A DNA stretch of 64,000 nt from an uncultured Alteromonadaceae bacterium (lineage in GTDB: Bacteria; Pseudomonadota; Gammaproteobacteria; Pseudomonadales; Halieaceae): NCBI GenBank assembly GCA_964412695.1, contig CAYPPU010000006.1, positions 14,109 through 78,108 of the forward strand, written 5' to 3'. Below the pieces are notes generated by a model. It saw only the letters and a list, made by a program, of their open reading frames with translations, did no database searches and was not told the origin of the DNA. This document shows, piece by piece, positions 51,445-62,107 of this stretch; the stretch's first letter is position 1, and every line of letters begins with the position of its first letter. Made by a program: the position numbers and the translations under genes.

Positions 51445-52020
51445 ATGATCACCATCACCGAGTCCGCACAGGACTATCTCGCTGAATTATTGGCTAAACA
51501 GGAAGATGCACTAGGCGTCCGCGTATTTATCAACGCACCGGGAACACCTAGGGCAGAAACGTGCATTGCTTATTGCCGAGAGGGTGATGTGGAAGAAGGC
51601 GATGAGGCGCACGATTTTGGCAAGTTCAAGGCGTGGTTTCAGGGTCGCAGTTTGCCGTTTTTGGAAGATGCATTGGTCGATTACGCGAAGGACAAAATGG
51701 GTGGCCAGCTCACGATTAAGGCCCCCAATGCCAAAATGCCGCGGGTGAACGACGACAGTCCGATAGAAGATCGCGTCAACTATGTCCTCTATAACGAGGT
51801 AAATCCTTCACTGGCCGCTCACGGTGGCGAGGTTAGTTTGGTTGAGATGACCGAGGACCATTTTGCCATCTTGCGATTCGGTGGTGGCTGCCAGGGCTGC
51901 AGTGCCGTCGACATGACATTAAAAGACGGTGTTGAGAAGACGTTGATGGAGCAAATTCCTCAATTGGCCGGAGTGCGTGACTCCACCGACCACTCGGATC
52001 GCAGCCAGGCATTTTACTGA
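51445..52020 (+). CDS. nfuA: Fe-S biogenesis carrier protein NfuA
   Basis: [40 protein letters not shown]. Confidence 0.97.
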   Translation: MITITESAQDYLAELLAKQEDALGVRVFINAPGTPRAETCIAYCREGDVEEGDEAHDFGKFKAWFQGRSLPFLEDALVDYAKDKMGGQLTIKAPNAKMPRVNDDSPIEDRVNYVLYNEVNPSLAAHGGEVSLVEMTEDHFAILRFGGGCQGCSAVDMTLKDGVEKTLMEQIPQLAGVRDSTDHSDRSQAFY

Positions 52021-52035
52021 GCCTTTTTGCGCCGA

Positions 52036-53109
52036 TTAGGCGACGCGCTGCGTTAATGCCGGGTGCAATTGCTCGGCGAGGGACAGCAGGAGCGTTTCCG
52101 TCGTCTCCCAGTCAATACAGCCGTCTGTCACCGACATACCATAGATCAACTGAGACAAATCCTGCGGTATAGACTGATTGCCGGCAACTAAATTACTTTC
52201 GAGCATTAGGCCAATAATCGATTGATTTCCCTCGATAATTTGGTTCGCTACGTTTTGCGCTACCGAGGGCTGCAGCTCGGGTTTTTTCTCGGAGTTCGCG
52301 TGACTGCAATCCACCATAATGTTGTTAGCCAATGAAGCTTTCTCCAGCGCCTGTTCGCACAGGGAAATTTGGGCGCTGTCGAAGTTGGGACCAGCGCTGC
52401 CGCCGCGCAACACAATATGACCATAGCCATTGCCTCGGGTTTCAAATACCGAGACGCTGCCTTCGCTGTTGATCCCTAAAAAGCGGTGTGGGTTAGCGAC
52501 AGACTTGAGTGCGTTTATGGCTACCTCCAGACCACCGTCGGTGCCATTCTTGAATCCCACAGCGGACGACAAGCCACTGGCCATCTCTCTGTGGGTTTGC
52601 GATTCGGTGGTTCGCGCCCCAATGGCAGACCAGCTAATCAAGTCCTGTAGGTACTGGGGGGTAATGGGATCGAGGGCTTCGGTAGCCGTGGGTAATCCCA
52701 GCTCTAGGATATCGCGCAGTAGGGTGCGTCCGGTGATGAGCCCACCCTCAATGTCGAAAGAGTCGTCCATGTGCGGGTCATTAATTAAGCCTTTCCAGCC
52801 AACAGTGGTACGCGGCTTTTCGAAGTACACCCGCATAACAATATAGAGTGTATTGGAGACGCGATCGCTCAGCGCCTTGAGTCGTCTGGCGTAATCCATG
52901 GCGGCCGCTGTGTCATGAATAGAGCAAGGCCCTACCACCACCATAATGCGAGGGTCCTTGCGATCAAGGATCGCTTCAATCGTGGCACGTGACTCAGCGA
53001 CGCGCTCGATAACCGTCTCGCTGACGCGCACTGTGTCGCGTAAAGCGGCAGGTGTCATCAGAATTTTTTGATCTGCGACATTGACGTTGTGGATTCTTGT
53101 ATTGGACAT
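52036..53109 (-). CDS. 3-deoxy-7-phosphoheptulonate (DAHP) synthase, class I
   Basis: VGPCSIHD, RVYFEKPRTTVGWKG, IGARTTESQTHRE, VDCSHANS, SVTDGC. The start at 53109 avoids overlap with the addB-like gene. The isoenzyme (aroF/G/H) cannot be assigned. Confidence 0.95.
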   Translation of the reverse strand: MSNTRIHNVNVADQKILMTPAALRDTVRVSETVIERVAESRATIEAILDRKDPRIMVVVGPCSIHDTAAAMDYARRLKALSDRVSNTLYIVMRVYFEKPRTTVGWKGLINDPHMDDSFDIEGGLITGRTLLRDILELGLPTATEALDPITPQYLQDLISWSAIGARTTESQTHREMASGLSSAVGFKNGTDGGLEVAINALKSVANPHRFLGINSEGSVSVFETRGNGYGHIVLRGGSAGPNFDSAQISLCEQALEKASLANNIMVDCSHANSEKKPELQPSVAQNVANQIIEGNQSIIGLMLESNLVAGNQSIPQDLSQLIYGMSVTDGCIDWETTETLLLSLAEQLHPALTQRVA

Positions 53110-53243
53110 GCTACTTTGGCCTAACGGTGAAATAACGCCCCGGTGGGGCAGATAACAGGACAGGAAAATCAATGAGGGCGGGAGTGTACGCATTTCCATC
53201 GCTGGCGTCATGGCAGCATTACCAACTATTAGGGGGCGGTTGA

Positions 53244-55955
53244 GTGTCCCAGTACGTTGATTTAACGCTCTATGAGGATGCCCTGACCGCAGGCGAAGCC
53301 ATATTGACGCCCGGCTTGCGTCTGGCCCGCCAGATTGAGAGTGCCTATCTGCTGCGAGCATTAGCTCAGCAATCCGTCATTGAACCGCCGCTGGTGATGG
53401 CGGTGGATGCATGGCTCGAACGTCAGTGGCTGGAAGCGGTAGAGCGAGGATTATTGCCACAAAAGCGGCTGTTGTCAGGTCTGCAAGAGCAACGTCTGTG
53501 GCTGCAGGTCGTCAAGCAGCATCTTCAGCAGCAGGGCACGTTCCAACTATTGCAGCCGAAAGCCGCGGCAGCTTTGGCAAAGTCGGCGCGGCAACTACTA
53601 CTGTCTTACGCAGATTCCCCTGAACAGCCGCGGTGGCGTCAGTTTTGGCAGCAACATTCAGACGGCGAGGCCTTCCTGGCTTGGCTGACACTTTTTGAAC
53701 GTAGGTTGGAGCAGGGCGATTACGTTACTCGCCAAGACGCGTATCGAGCCCTGCTACTGGTCGAGCCTGCGCAACGCCCGAGGGTGCAACTCGCCTTCGG
53801 TCAAGAATTGCCTCCCCTAACGAGGCGCGCCCTTGAGCACTGTGCAGTTGTCAATGAGATCTCCCCGATGGTGGACGAGGTTCAGCCTCTGCCAGGTGAC
53901 CAATATGCGGATCGGTTCGCTGAGCTCCGAGCGGTTGCTGCTTGGGCGGCCCAGCGGCACCGGGCAGGCAGTGGTACTACGGCGGTAGTTTTATTGGATA
54001 TGCAGCGCGACCGCGTTGATTTTGAATACTTGCTTCGAGAGCAGCTTGACTGTCTCGATACCCGATTCGCCAGCTTGCCGGTCAACTTCTCAACAGGCAT
54101 GCCTTTGTCAAAAACCCCTCTGTATCGAGATGCCATGCTGGCGCTCCGATTAGAGAATGAACCATTGTCGAGGATGGAGGTGTTGTCGCTGCTTCGCTCT
54201 CCCTACGTGGTGAACTGGCCGGAGGGGTCTGCTAACGTACAGAGGGTGCGCATAGCCGACGCTGTGATGAATGCGGGTATCGAGCAGTTTTCCCGTCAAC
54301 AATTGGCGCATCTCACGCAGCGGATTGCGCCCGATAGTCAGCTTAATGCCATCCTACGAGAGTTGGGGAGTGGAGCTAGGCGCGAGCGGGGGGGTCTGCT
54401 TTCCACGCATGCCCAAAAGATCAGTGCGTACTTACGGCTATGGGGCTGGCCTGCGCGAGAGGCGCTGGATTCGCTTGAGTTTCAGCAATTTAACAAGTTT
54501 GAGGCTAGCCTCGATTTGTTAATGGGATTCAATGATCTAGAGGGAGCCATCACATTTTCTGAGGCATTGTCACTTTGGGGTGGTTGTCTGGAAGACATGA
54601 TTTTTCAGCCTCAAACCGAGAACAGTGCGGTTCAGGTTCTGGGGCCGCTAGAAATTATGGGGCTGAGCTTTGATGCCGTGCATATTTGTGGCGCTAACGT
54701 GGGAGCTTTCCCAGCACAGCCGCAACACTCACCACTAATGCCCGCCTCACTCGAGCACGCGCTTGACCTCCCCGCGAGGACAACAGCGCAGTGCGCTCTA
54801 GAATCCACCCGCCGGTTGCGTCACTGGCAGGCTACACACCGGCAGATCAGTGCCAGTTGTTTCCGAACCGACGATGGCGTTGATTACTTGCCTAGCCCGC
54901 TTTTGGCGTTGCAAGGAAACGAAATGCAACCCCACATAAATAGTCAACAATGGCGACCGGTAGTGGCTTTGGAGTCGATAGCTGATATGACAGTGCCGGC
55001 CATTACAGGCAGCACCTATGTCGCAGGGGGTGCTGGTGTCTTGCGGGATTTTAGCCAATGCCCTTTCAAAGCGTGGCTGCGACACCGTATTGGTCCAGCC
55101 AGTGCGAGTGATGTGGTGTTGGGGCTGTCAGCGCTAGAGCGCGGCAACCTGGTGCATTGGGCTCTTGAGGTCATCTGGTCCCAATTGGGCTCCCAAGCAG
55201 AACTGCTAGCCCAGAGTGAGAGTGCCCGCTCCGCCTGCATTGCAGCGGCAGTTGACACGGCCATTCAAACGTTGATTCAGCGCAGCAGTCAGTCAGGATT
55301 CTCGGTGTTGGTTCGTGTTGGCGCGCAATGTCTTGAGCTCGAGCGTATAAGGTTGAGCGGCTTGCTCGCCGATTGGTTGGCTTTGGAGCAGCTGCGGGCC
55401 GTTCCCTTTACTGTGGTAAGACAGGAACAGTCGGCAACTCTTGAGCTTGAGGGTATAACGCTATCATTGCGTCCAGACCGAGTTGATCAACTATCCGACG
55501 GTCAGCGCGTGGTGTTGGATTACAAAACAGGAACCGCGCGTGTTTCGAGTTGTTTAGGAGAGCGCCCGTCCGATCCGCAACTACCGCTGTATAGTTTGCT
55601 CGACGTCGAGGTCACTGGCCTGGCTTTTGCCAATCTCAAAGCGGGTGGTTTGGGTTTTTCTGCGCTGGGCGAAGGGCTGGGCTTGAATCCGGGAGGCTCT
55701 GATAAGACCTTGAGTAAGCAAGTCGGATTACCGGACATAGTCCAGTGGAGCGATTTACGACATCATTGGTTGACCAATCTCAGACAGCTCGCCAAAGGCT
55801 TTGTCGAAGGCGAGGCCCAAATTGATCCTCAGCCCGCTGCTTGCCAATTCTGCGAATACGACAGTGTCTGTCGGCGCGCTGAGTGGCTAGATAACGCTGC
55901 GGATGAGGGTGGTGAAGCGCACGATGGTGACGTATTGGGGAGAGATGCGTCATGA
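53244..55955 (+). CDS. AddB-like PD-(D/E)XK nuclease subunit with Fe-S staple
   Basis: Degenerate helicase-like N-terminus without Walker A. SQCPF...ERGNLVH...RPDRVD...LDYKTG...PQLPLY...CQFCEYDSVC. Confidence 0.85.
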   Translation: MSQYVDLTLYEDALTAGEAILTPGLRLARQIESAYLLRALAQQSVIEPPLVMAVDAWLERQWLEAVERGLLPQKRLLSGLQEQRLWLQVVKQHLQQQGTFQLLQPKAAAALAKSARQLLLSYADSPEQPRWRQFWQQHSDGEAFLAWLTLFERRLEQGDYVTRQDAYRALLLVEPAQRPRVQLAFGQELPPLTRRALEHCAVVNEISPMVDEVQPLPGDQYADRFAELRAVAAWAAQRHRAGSGTTAVVLLDMQRDRVDFEYLLREQLDCLDTRFASLPVNFSTGMPLSKTPLYRDAMLALRLENEPLSRMEVLSLLRSPYVVNWPEGSANVQRVRIADAVMNAGIEQFSRQQLAHLTQRIAPDSQLNAILRELGSGARRERGGLLSTHAQKISAYLRLWGWPAREALDSLEFQQFNKFEASLDLLMGFNDLEGAITFSEALSLWGGCLEDMIFQPQTENSAVQVLGPLEIMGLSFDAVHICGANVGAFPAQPQHSPLMPASLEHALDLPARTTAQCALESTRRLRHWQATHRQISASCFRTDDGVDYLPSPLLALQGNEMQPHINSQQWRPVVALESIADMTVPAITGSTYVAGGAGVLRDFSQCPFKAWLRHRIGPASASDVVLGLSALERGNLVHWALEVIWSQLGSQAELLAQSESARSACIAAAVDTAIQTLIQRSSQSGFSVLVRVGAQCLELERIRLSGLLADWLALEQLRAVPFTVVRQEQSATLELEGITLSLRPDRVDQLSDGQRVVLDYKTGTARVSSCLGERPSDPQLPLYSLLDVEVTGLAFANLKAGGLGFSALGEGLGLNPGGSDKTLSKQVGLPDIVQWSDLRHHWLTNLRQLAKGFVEGEAQIDPQPAACQFCEYDSVCRRAEWLDNAADEGGEAHDGDVLGRDAS

Positions 55956-58900
55956 CATCTGATTCGGCATCACGCCAGTTAGCCCTCGATCCCACGCAAA
56001 GCTTCTGTGTTACTGCGCCGGCCGGTTCAGGAAAGACCGAACTGCTCACTCAGCGCATGCTGGCACTGTTGGCACGGGTGGCGCGTCCCGAACAGGTTCT
56101 GGCTATTACGTTTACACGAAAAGCCGCTGCTGAGATGCGTGAGCGCTTGGTTATGCGTCTGGATCAGGCGCGCCGTAACACGCCGGTCGATACTGACCAC
56201 GATCGTTTGACCCGACAGTTGGCGCTGGCGGTGCTTGAACATGGCGACCGTCAAAACTGGCTGCTTGATCCCGAAGATTTAAATTTACGAACCATTGATA
56301 GTTTGTGCAGTGAGTTAACTCGGCAGATGCCGGTGCTCAGCGGTATTGGTGGCGCGATCGAAGTAACCGAATTTGCGCAAGAGCTTTACGAGGCGGCTGT
56401 GGTGTCGCTCATGCAATGGTTGGATTCGGATTCGTCAACAGGGTTGGCCCTGCGAACGCTGTTGCTGCATTTCGATAACAATTGGGAGCGGGTCTCTGAG
56501 TTATTAATTGCACTGTTAAATAGGCGCGGAGATTGGGCCGACCGCCTAGGACAACACGATAGTCCAGATCGGGCCGGTGAAGCGATTAAACAGACTGTCG
56601 GGGAGGTCACTTCAGCTGTACTGGCCCGTGCAGAGCGCGAGGTGGGCACCCATATGGGTACGCTTTTACCGTTGGCAAACTATGCTTTTGATAATTTAGG
56701 GCTGGGTGTCTGCCGCTTGTCCAACGAGCCCGAATCTCTAGAGAGTTGGAAGAATCTCGCAGGGATATTACTGACCGGAACCAATGGCTGGCGTAAAGCC
56801 GGGAGTTACAACGTCAAGGTGGGCTTTCCCGTTGAGGGTAAGTCCCAAAAAGCTGACATCCAAGCGCTCCTGGAAACGCTTCAAAGCGATGCGTTGCGCG
56901 AGACACTTGAAGAAATAAAAGCGTTACCTTCTGCCTTTACCGAGCACGATGTCGGTTGGAGGTTGGTATTAACGCTGTCTTCTTTGCTACCGGTATTGCA
57001 GGCGGAGCTGTTGTTGGTATTTCAGCGAGAAGCGAAGGTTGACTATACCCATATTGCCTTGGCTGCCGAGATGGCGTTGGGTAATGATGATGAGCCGACT
57101 GACTTGGCGTTGCGCTTTGATTACCGTATTGAGCATATATTGGTCGATGAATTTCAGGATACCTCAGATCAGCAATTCCGCTTGCTTCGCCGGTTGACCC
57201 GCGGATGGGCAGAGCATAATCAATCAGGTGGTGCGCCCCGAACACTGTTTCTTGTGGGTGATGGCATGCAATCCATCTATGGCTTTCGCTACGCGAATGT
57301 CGGTTTGTTTGTTGATGCTCAGGAGCGCGGTATCGGCGACCTAGCCATGGTGCCCATAGCCCTCAAGCGAAACTTCCGCTCCCAGGGTGCTCTGGTGAAT
57401 TGGGTTAATGCCAGCTTTGCCCGATTGCTGCCGACGAGTAATGACGTGGCTCGCGGGCGTGTAACCCATGTCGAAGCTGAATCCGTGATTCCAGCACAGG
57501 CGGGCGCGGCCGTTGAAAGTCATCTCTTTAGGGCGAATCAGGGGCTATCGGAAGCCGAGTTTATTGGCGCTGAAATAGCCAAGCTGAGATCCGTTGAGCC
57601 TGGCAGTCGAATCGCGGTGTTGGTTCGTGTTCGACATCATGCCGACAATATCATTTACACATTAAAACGACTCGGCATTCCCTTCGTGGGCCGAAGTTTT
57701 GAATTACTCGGCAGTCGGCCGATCATCAGTGACTTATTGGCGCTGTGTCGTTTGATGGCGAATCCCGCAGATAATGTCGCCGCAATGGCACTGATGAGAG
57801 CGCCATTTTGTGGGCTTACACTTGCTGACATTCATTTATTGCTAAGTGAAGTAGAGAAGCCCTTCTGCTTGTGGTCCGTCCTTGGTTCCTTACCTTCGGA
57901 CTCGAAAGTGGCATTACTGTCAGAGGATGCAAAGCCGAGGCTGGAACTACTGGCATCGGCTTTGGCTTGGGCCGAAAACCATCGAGATCGCTTATCGCTG
58001 GCTGTTTGGATTGAGCAGATTTGGCTGCGTCTTGGCGGCGATCGAGTCAGTGGTGAGGACGAGCGTCATGATGCCCGTCGATTTTTTTCGCTATTGCGAC
58101 AATCAGAGCGTGAAGGACGAGGCTTGGATGTCGACTGGCTACAGAGTCGCTTGGCCATGCTCTATGCCGAACATGACAGTTCCGATAATCCGGTGGAGAT
58201 AATGACAATCCACAAAGCCAAGGGACTCGAGTTTGACTACGTTTTTGTCCCGGGGCTCGGGCACGCGCCGCGGGGTACAGACCGGGCTTTACTTCGCTGG
58301 CACACGCCCATTAACGAGGAGGGCGCACAGTTATTGATTGCCGCCGATGACCGTACCGATAAGGGTGCAGCCACGCTGTATCACTACTTGGGTTGGTTGC
58401 AGCAGTGTAAAGATCGCGCCGAATTGCGTCGGCTTTTATACGTGGCAGTGACGCGTGCGCGCGAGCGCGTGTGGCTAACCGCCGACAGCGGTAAGGACAA
58501 TGCATGGCCCGGTGAAAACTCGCTGATGGGAATCTTACGCGATGTGGTTGAGCCCTATACGCAACAACATGAGGCCATACACGGGGTGGATTCCATGCCC
58601 ATGGACTACCCCTTGTTCCGTCGAGTTGCCATCAATGATGTGGCTGCGAGTGATTCCATCGGCGGGCCCGCGGGTATGTCCTGGTCGGATCAAGATTTGC
58701 GCGCTCACAACTGGATGGAGCGTGCTATGGGTACGGCATTGCACCGGGCCTTAGAGTTATTAGCCGAACGTCCGAGTTCATCCCAGTGCCTAGACGAATC
58801 CCTAAGAGCTGCCATTACCGCCGAATTGCGTGGTGCTGGGCTGGCTGGTGATGAGTTATTGTCAGCCGAGCAACAAGTGCAAGCCTGGATAACGCTGACA

Positions 58901-59233
58901 TTAGAGGACCCTCAGGGGCAATGGATCTTGCAAGATCACCCGGAGGCGGTAAGCGAGTGGCGCTTGGCTGCGGCAGACCCCGAGCCCGCGATTCACGTTA
59001 TTGATCGCAGTTTTATCGATGCAGAGACCCAGCATCGTTGGATTATTGATTACAAGACCAGTCAGCCCGCCGTAGATGAAAGGCTAGATGCTTTTTTGGC
59101 TCGTGAAGCGTCCCACTATCGGGAGCAACTGCAGCGTTATCGCCGGGTGGTGGAAGCATTTTCACCGCAAGGTCCATTGATAAAAACCGGGCTTTATTTT
59201 CCCGCCATACAACGGCTGCATACGGTGGATTGA
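55952..59233 (+). CDS. AddA-like UvrD helicase with C-terminal RecB-type nuclease
   Basis: APAGSGKT, ITFTRKAA, LVDEFQDTS, VGDGMQSIYGFR, MTIHKAKGLEFD, LYVAVTRAR, then GTALH, IDR...IIDYKT, QLQRY. ATGA overlap with the addB-like gene. Confidence 0.9.
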   Translation: MTSDSASRQLALDPTQSFCVTAPAGSGKTELLTQRMLALLARVARPEQVLAITFTRKAAAEMRERLVMRLDQARRNTPVDTDHDRLTRQLALAVLEHGDRQNWLLDPEDLNLRTIDSLCSELTRQMPVLSGIGGAIEVTEFAQELYEAAVVSLMQWLDSDSSTGLALRTLLLHFDNNWERVSELLIALLNRRGDWADRLGQHDSPDRAGEAIKQTVGEVTSAVLARAEREVGTHMGTLLPLANYAFDNLGLGVCRLSNEPESLESWKNLAGILLTGTNGWRKAGSYNVKVGFPVEGKSQKADIQALLETLQSDALRETLEEIKALPSAFTEHDVGWRLVLTLSSLLPVLQAELLLVFQREAKVDYTHIALAAEMALGNDDEPTDLALRFDYRIEHILVDEFQDTSDQQFRLLRRLTRGWAEHNQSGGAPRTLFLVGDGMQSIYGFRYANVGLFVDAQERGIGDLAMVPIALKRNFRSQGALVNWVNASFARLLPTSNDVARGRVTHVEAESVIPAQAGAAVESHLFRANQGLSEAEFIGAEIAKLRSVEPGSRIAVLVRVRHHADNIIYTLKRLGIPFVGRSFELLGSRPIISDLLALCRLMANPADNVAAMALMRAPFCGLTLADIHLLLSEVEKPFCLWSVLGSLPSDSKVALLSEDAKPRLELLASALAWAENHRDRLSLAVWIEQIWLRLGGDRVSGEDERHDARRFFSLLRQSEREGRGLDVDWLQSRLAMLYAEHDSSDNPVEIMTIHKAKGLEFDYVFVPGLGHAPRGTDRALLRWHTPINEEGAQLLIAADDRTDKGAATLYHYLGWLQQCKDRAELRRLLYVAVTRARERVWLTADSGKDNAWPGENSLMGILRDVVEPYTQQHEAIHGVDSMPMDYPLFRRVAINDVAASDSIGGPAGMSWSDQDLRAHNWMERAMGTALHRALELLAERPSSSQCLDESLRAAITAELRGAGLAGDELLSAEQQVQAWITLTLEDPQGQWILQDHPEAVSEWRLAAADPEPAIHVIDRSFIDAETQHRWIIDYKTSQPAVDERLDAFLAREASHYREQLQRYRRVVEAFSPQGPLIKTGLYFPAIQRLHTVD

Positions 59234-59311
59234 GTTACACTGAGCGTCATCTGGCGAGTTTTGCCCTACCTCGCTCTGCCCAAATAAGGCTGCTCGCAGT
59301 AAGGTCACGCT

Positions 59312-60040
59312 TTGGATTTGCTGTTGTTATCTCTGGTGGCGTTCTCCACCTCTTTGCTCACTGCCGTTATTGGTTTGGGTGGCGGGGTGTTGCTAATGCT
59401 GGTAATGCCCGGATTTATTCCGCTGACAGTCATGCTGCCGGTACATGCATGGGTGCAGTTTGCCTCCAATGTGACGCGTGTGGGCTTTGCACTCGATCAA
59501 GTTGGCTGGTCACTTCTGCCGCCGTTGCTGCTAGGCAGTCTGGTGGGAGCAGGTTTGGGGGCAGCGCTAGTTGATGTCATAACATTAGACGCGTGGCCGC
59601 TAGTGGCTGGTCTCGTCATTTTAATCGTGACCTGGCTGCCTATTGACCGCTGGCTACCAATTGATCGAGCGGCATTGTTTTTTTTGGGTTTCTATCAGAC
59701 CGGCTTGGGTATGGTGGCGGGGGCTACCGGACCTTTAGGCGCCGCTATCTTGGCCAAAATTCGTATTGATCGAGACTGGCTGGTGGTCAATACCGGCCTG
59801 TACATGACACTCAATCACGGTATCCGAGGTATGGCGTTTGGTCTTATGGGGTTTACGCTGGGTGCTTGGTGGCTATGGGTGGTCGCGATGAGTGTTGCCA
59901 CATTGTTAGGGTCCTGGGTTGGCACTCGGCTCAGATCTCGAGTGCCTCAGCGTAATTTCGTCGGATTATTTCGCTGGGTGGTTACCTTGCTGGCATTGCG
60001 ACTCATGTGGATGGCAGGCTCTGAGAGGGTGCTCGCGTGA
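59312..60040 (+). CDS. TauE/SafE-family (TSUP) membrane transporter
   Basis: GLGGG in TM1, VQFASN, GATGP, GSWVGTRL. About 8 TM helices. TTG start. Confidence 0.82.
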   Translation: MDLLLLSLVAFSTSLLTAVIGLGGGVLLMLVMPGFIPLTVMLPVHAWVQFASNVTRVGFALDQVGWSLLPPLLLGSLVGAGLGAALVDVITLDAWPLVAGLVILIVTWLPIDRWLPIDRAALFFLGFYQTGLGMVAGATGPLGAAILAKIRIDRDWLVVNTGLYMTLNHGIRGMAFGLMGFTLGAWWLWVVAMSVATLLGSWVGTRLRSRVPQRNFVGLFRWVVTLLALRLMWMAGSERVLA

Positions 60041-60948
60041 ACGGGACCACTGAGCTCGTATTAAGCGAGCGCCGCCGCGGTTTTGCGCTGGCGTTCCTGG
60101 CCAATTTGGTTTGGGGTACAGCTGCCATTTATTGGATGCAAACACAGCCTGTGAGTCCAGTGGATGTGTTGGCTCACCGCAGCATCTGGACCCTGCCCGC
60201 CGTTTTTCTGGTGCTCTGGTTTACCCGGCGAACAGGGACGATTTGGCGTTTGCTGATTGATTGGTCGGTAATGCGGGTGATGGCCGTGGCAGCCTTTCTG
60301 ATTTCAATCAATTGGGGTGTATTCCTGTATGCGGTCACGTCGGGACGCGCCGCGGATGCCAGCCTGGGGTATTTTCTGTTGCCGCTGCTCAGTGTTTTTT
60401 TGGGCGCTGTTTTTTTCGGCGAACGACCGAGCCCGGCTCAGAAGATAGCGGTTGTTTTTGCGCTCGCGGCGGTGATCATGCAGGTGGTGGCGCTGGGTGG
60501 TTTGCCGTTGGTATCTTTGGGTTTATCACTGTCCTTCGCGCTTTACGGGGTGATTCGAAAGCGCGTGCGTGCCGACGCTATTCAGGGGCTTTTTATTGAG
60601 GCGCTGTTCTTAATGCCGTTTGGATTGGTGTGGGCTTTGTTGCACGATGGTGCGGGTCTGGGCCATCACGGATTGCGTGTCGATCTTTTTTTGATGGGGG
60701 CGGGCGCTTTTACTGCAGTGCCCCTGTTATCCCATGTTGCCGCGGCGAGAGTGTTACCACTCTCCACTGTTGGGTTGATGTCTTATGTCGGCCCATCTAT
60801 CCAACTGGTGATTGCGCTTACCTATTTGGGTGAGCAGATTTCCGTATTTACCATGTTAGCCTTTGCTTTAGTGTGGTGCGGGCTGGCCTTAATGGTGCTA
60901 GATAACTTGCGCCGCCGGCGTCAATCCTCGAGTAAAGTGAAAAGCTGA
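60037..60948 (+). CDS. rarD: EamA-family transporter RarD
   Basis: VLAHRSIW, INWGVFLYAV, ASLGYF, SFALYGVIRK, TAVPL. Confidence 0.9.
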   Translation: MNGTTELVLSERRRGFALAFLANLVWGTAAIYWMQTQPVSPVDVLAHRSIWTLPAVFLVLWFTRRTGTIWRLLIDWSVMRVMAVAAFLISINWGVFLYAVTSGRAADASLGYFLLPLLSVFLGAVFFGERPSPAQKIAVVFALAAVIMQVVALGGLPLVSLGLSLSFALYGVIRKRVRADAIQGLFIEALFLMPFGLVWALLHDGAGLGHHGLRVDLFLMGAGAFTAVPLLSHVAAARVLPLSTVGLMSYVGPSIQLVIALTYLGEQISVFTMLAFALVWCGLALMVLDNLRRRRQSSSKVKS

Positions 60949-60958
60949 GCGAGTCCGA

Positions 60959-62107
60959 ATGAATCTCAACGATTGCTTTAATACCGAACAGTTCCGCAAA
61001 CTCGCCAAGCGACGACTGCCTGGGCCGATTTTTCATTACATAGACGGTGCGGCAGATGATGAAGTCACCCGCCGCCGCAATACGGCCGCCTACGATGACT
61101 GTGACCTCGTGCCCAATGTGCTTGCCGGCGTTGAGTCTATTGATATGTCCACCACGGTAATGGGCAAGAAACTGGACATGCCGTTGTTTCTCTCGCCCAC
61201 GGCGTTGCAGCGATTATTTCATTACCAAGGAGAGCGAGCCGTGGGCCGTGCAGCTGAGCGCTATGGCACACTTTTTGGAATTTCCTCTTTGGCTACGGTG
61301 AGTATTGAAGAGATCGGTGAATCGCTCAACACGCCCAAGATTTTCCAGTTGTACTACCACAAGGACAAGGGGCTCACCTACGGCATGATTGAGCGCTGTA
61401 AGGCGGCGGGCTTTGATGCCATTGCGTTGACTGTCGATACCATTGTGGGGGGCAATCGAGAGCGTGATTTGGTGACAGGGTTTACTTCGCCACCCAAGCT
61501 GACTTTGGCCAGTTTGTTGAGTTTTGCGACGCATCCTGCGTGGGCGCTTAATTATCTTCTGCGAGAGCCCTTTGAGCTGTCCAACTTAAAAGACCACATT
61601 GCCGAGGGCTCTAATGTTTCAGTGACGGTATCCGATTACTTTAGCACCATGCTCGATCAAACCATGGATTGGGATGCAGCGGCTGATGTGCGCAAGCGCT
61701 GGGGTGGCGAATTTTGCCTAAAGGGCATTATGTCGGTGGAGGATGCCCGACGAGCGGTAGACATCGGTGCTACCGCGATCATGGTATCCAACCATGGCGG
61801 CCGCCAGCTCGACGGTTCCAGAGCCCCGTTCGATCAGCTAGCCGAAATTGTTGACGCTGTGGGTGATAAAATCGACGTGATTTGTGATGGCGGCATCACC
61901 CGAGGTACCCATGTGTTAAAGGCCTTATCACTGGGAGCCAAGGCTTGCTCTGGCGGAAGATGGTATCTGTATGCCCTGGCGGCGGCGGGGCAGGCGGGCG
62001 TTGAGCGGGCGCTCGAGAATATGCGCACAGAGATAGAACGGGACATGAAACTCATGGGTGCGCGATCAGTGGCCGACCTGGGACGCCATAACCTGCGCTT
62101 TAGGTAG
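60959..62107 (+). CDS. FMN-dependent alpha-hydroxy acid dehydrogenase (L-lactate dehydrogenase-like)
   Basis: YIDGAADDE, LTVDT, LKGI, SNHGGRQLD, DGGITRG. Confidence 0.92.
   Translation: MNLNDCFNTEQFRKLAKRRLPGPIFHYIDGAADDEVTRRRNTAAYDDCDLVPNVLAGVESIDMSTTVMGKKLDMPLFLSPTALQRLFHYQGERAVGRAAERYGTLFGISSLATVSIEEIGESLNTPKIFQLYYHKDKGLTYGMIERCKAAGFDAIALTVDTIVGGNRERDLVTGFTSPPKLTLASLLSFATHPAWALNYLLREPFELSNLKDHIAEGSNVSVTVSDYFSTMLDQTMDWDAAADVRKRWGGEFCLKGIMSVEDARRAVDIGATAIMVSNHGGRQLDGSRAPFDQLAEIVDAVGDKIDVICDGGITRGTHVLKALSLGAKACSGGRWYLYALAAAGQAGVERALENMRTEIERDMKLMGARSVADLGRHNLRFR

Noticed and set aside
53110-53361. 84-aa N-terminal extension of the DAHP synthase in the ORF track
   Set aside because: It overlaps the divergent addB-like gene, and family similarity begins at the ATG at 53109.
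55000-55955. Cas4-like Fe-S nuclease suggesting CRISPR
   Set aside because: It is the C-terminal domain of the AddB-like protein, with no cas1/cas2 or repeat-spacer array in the window.
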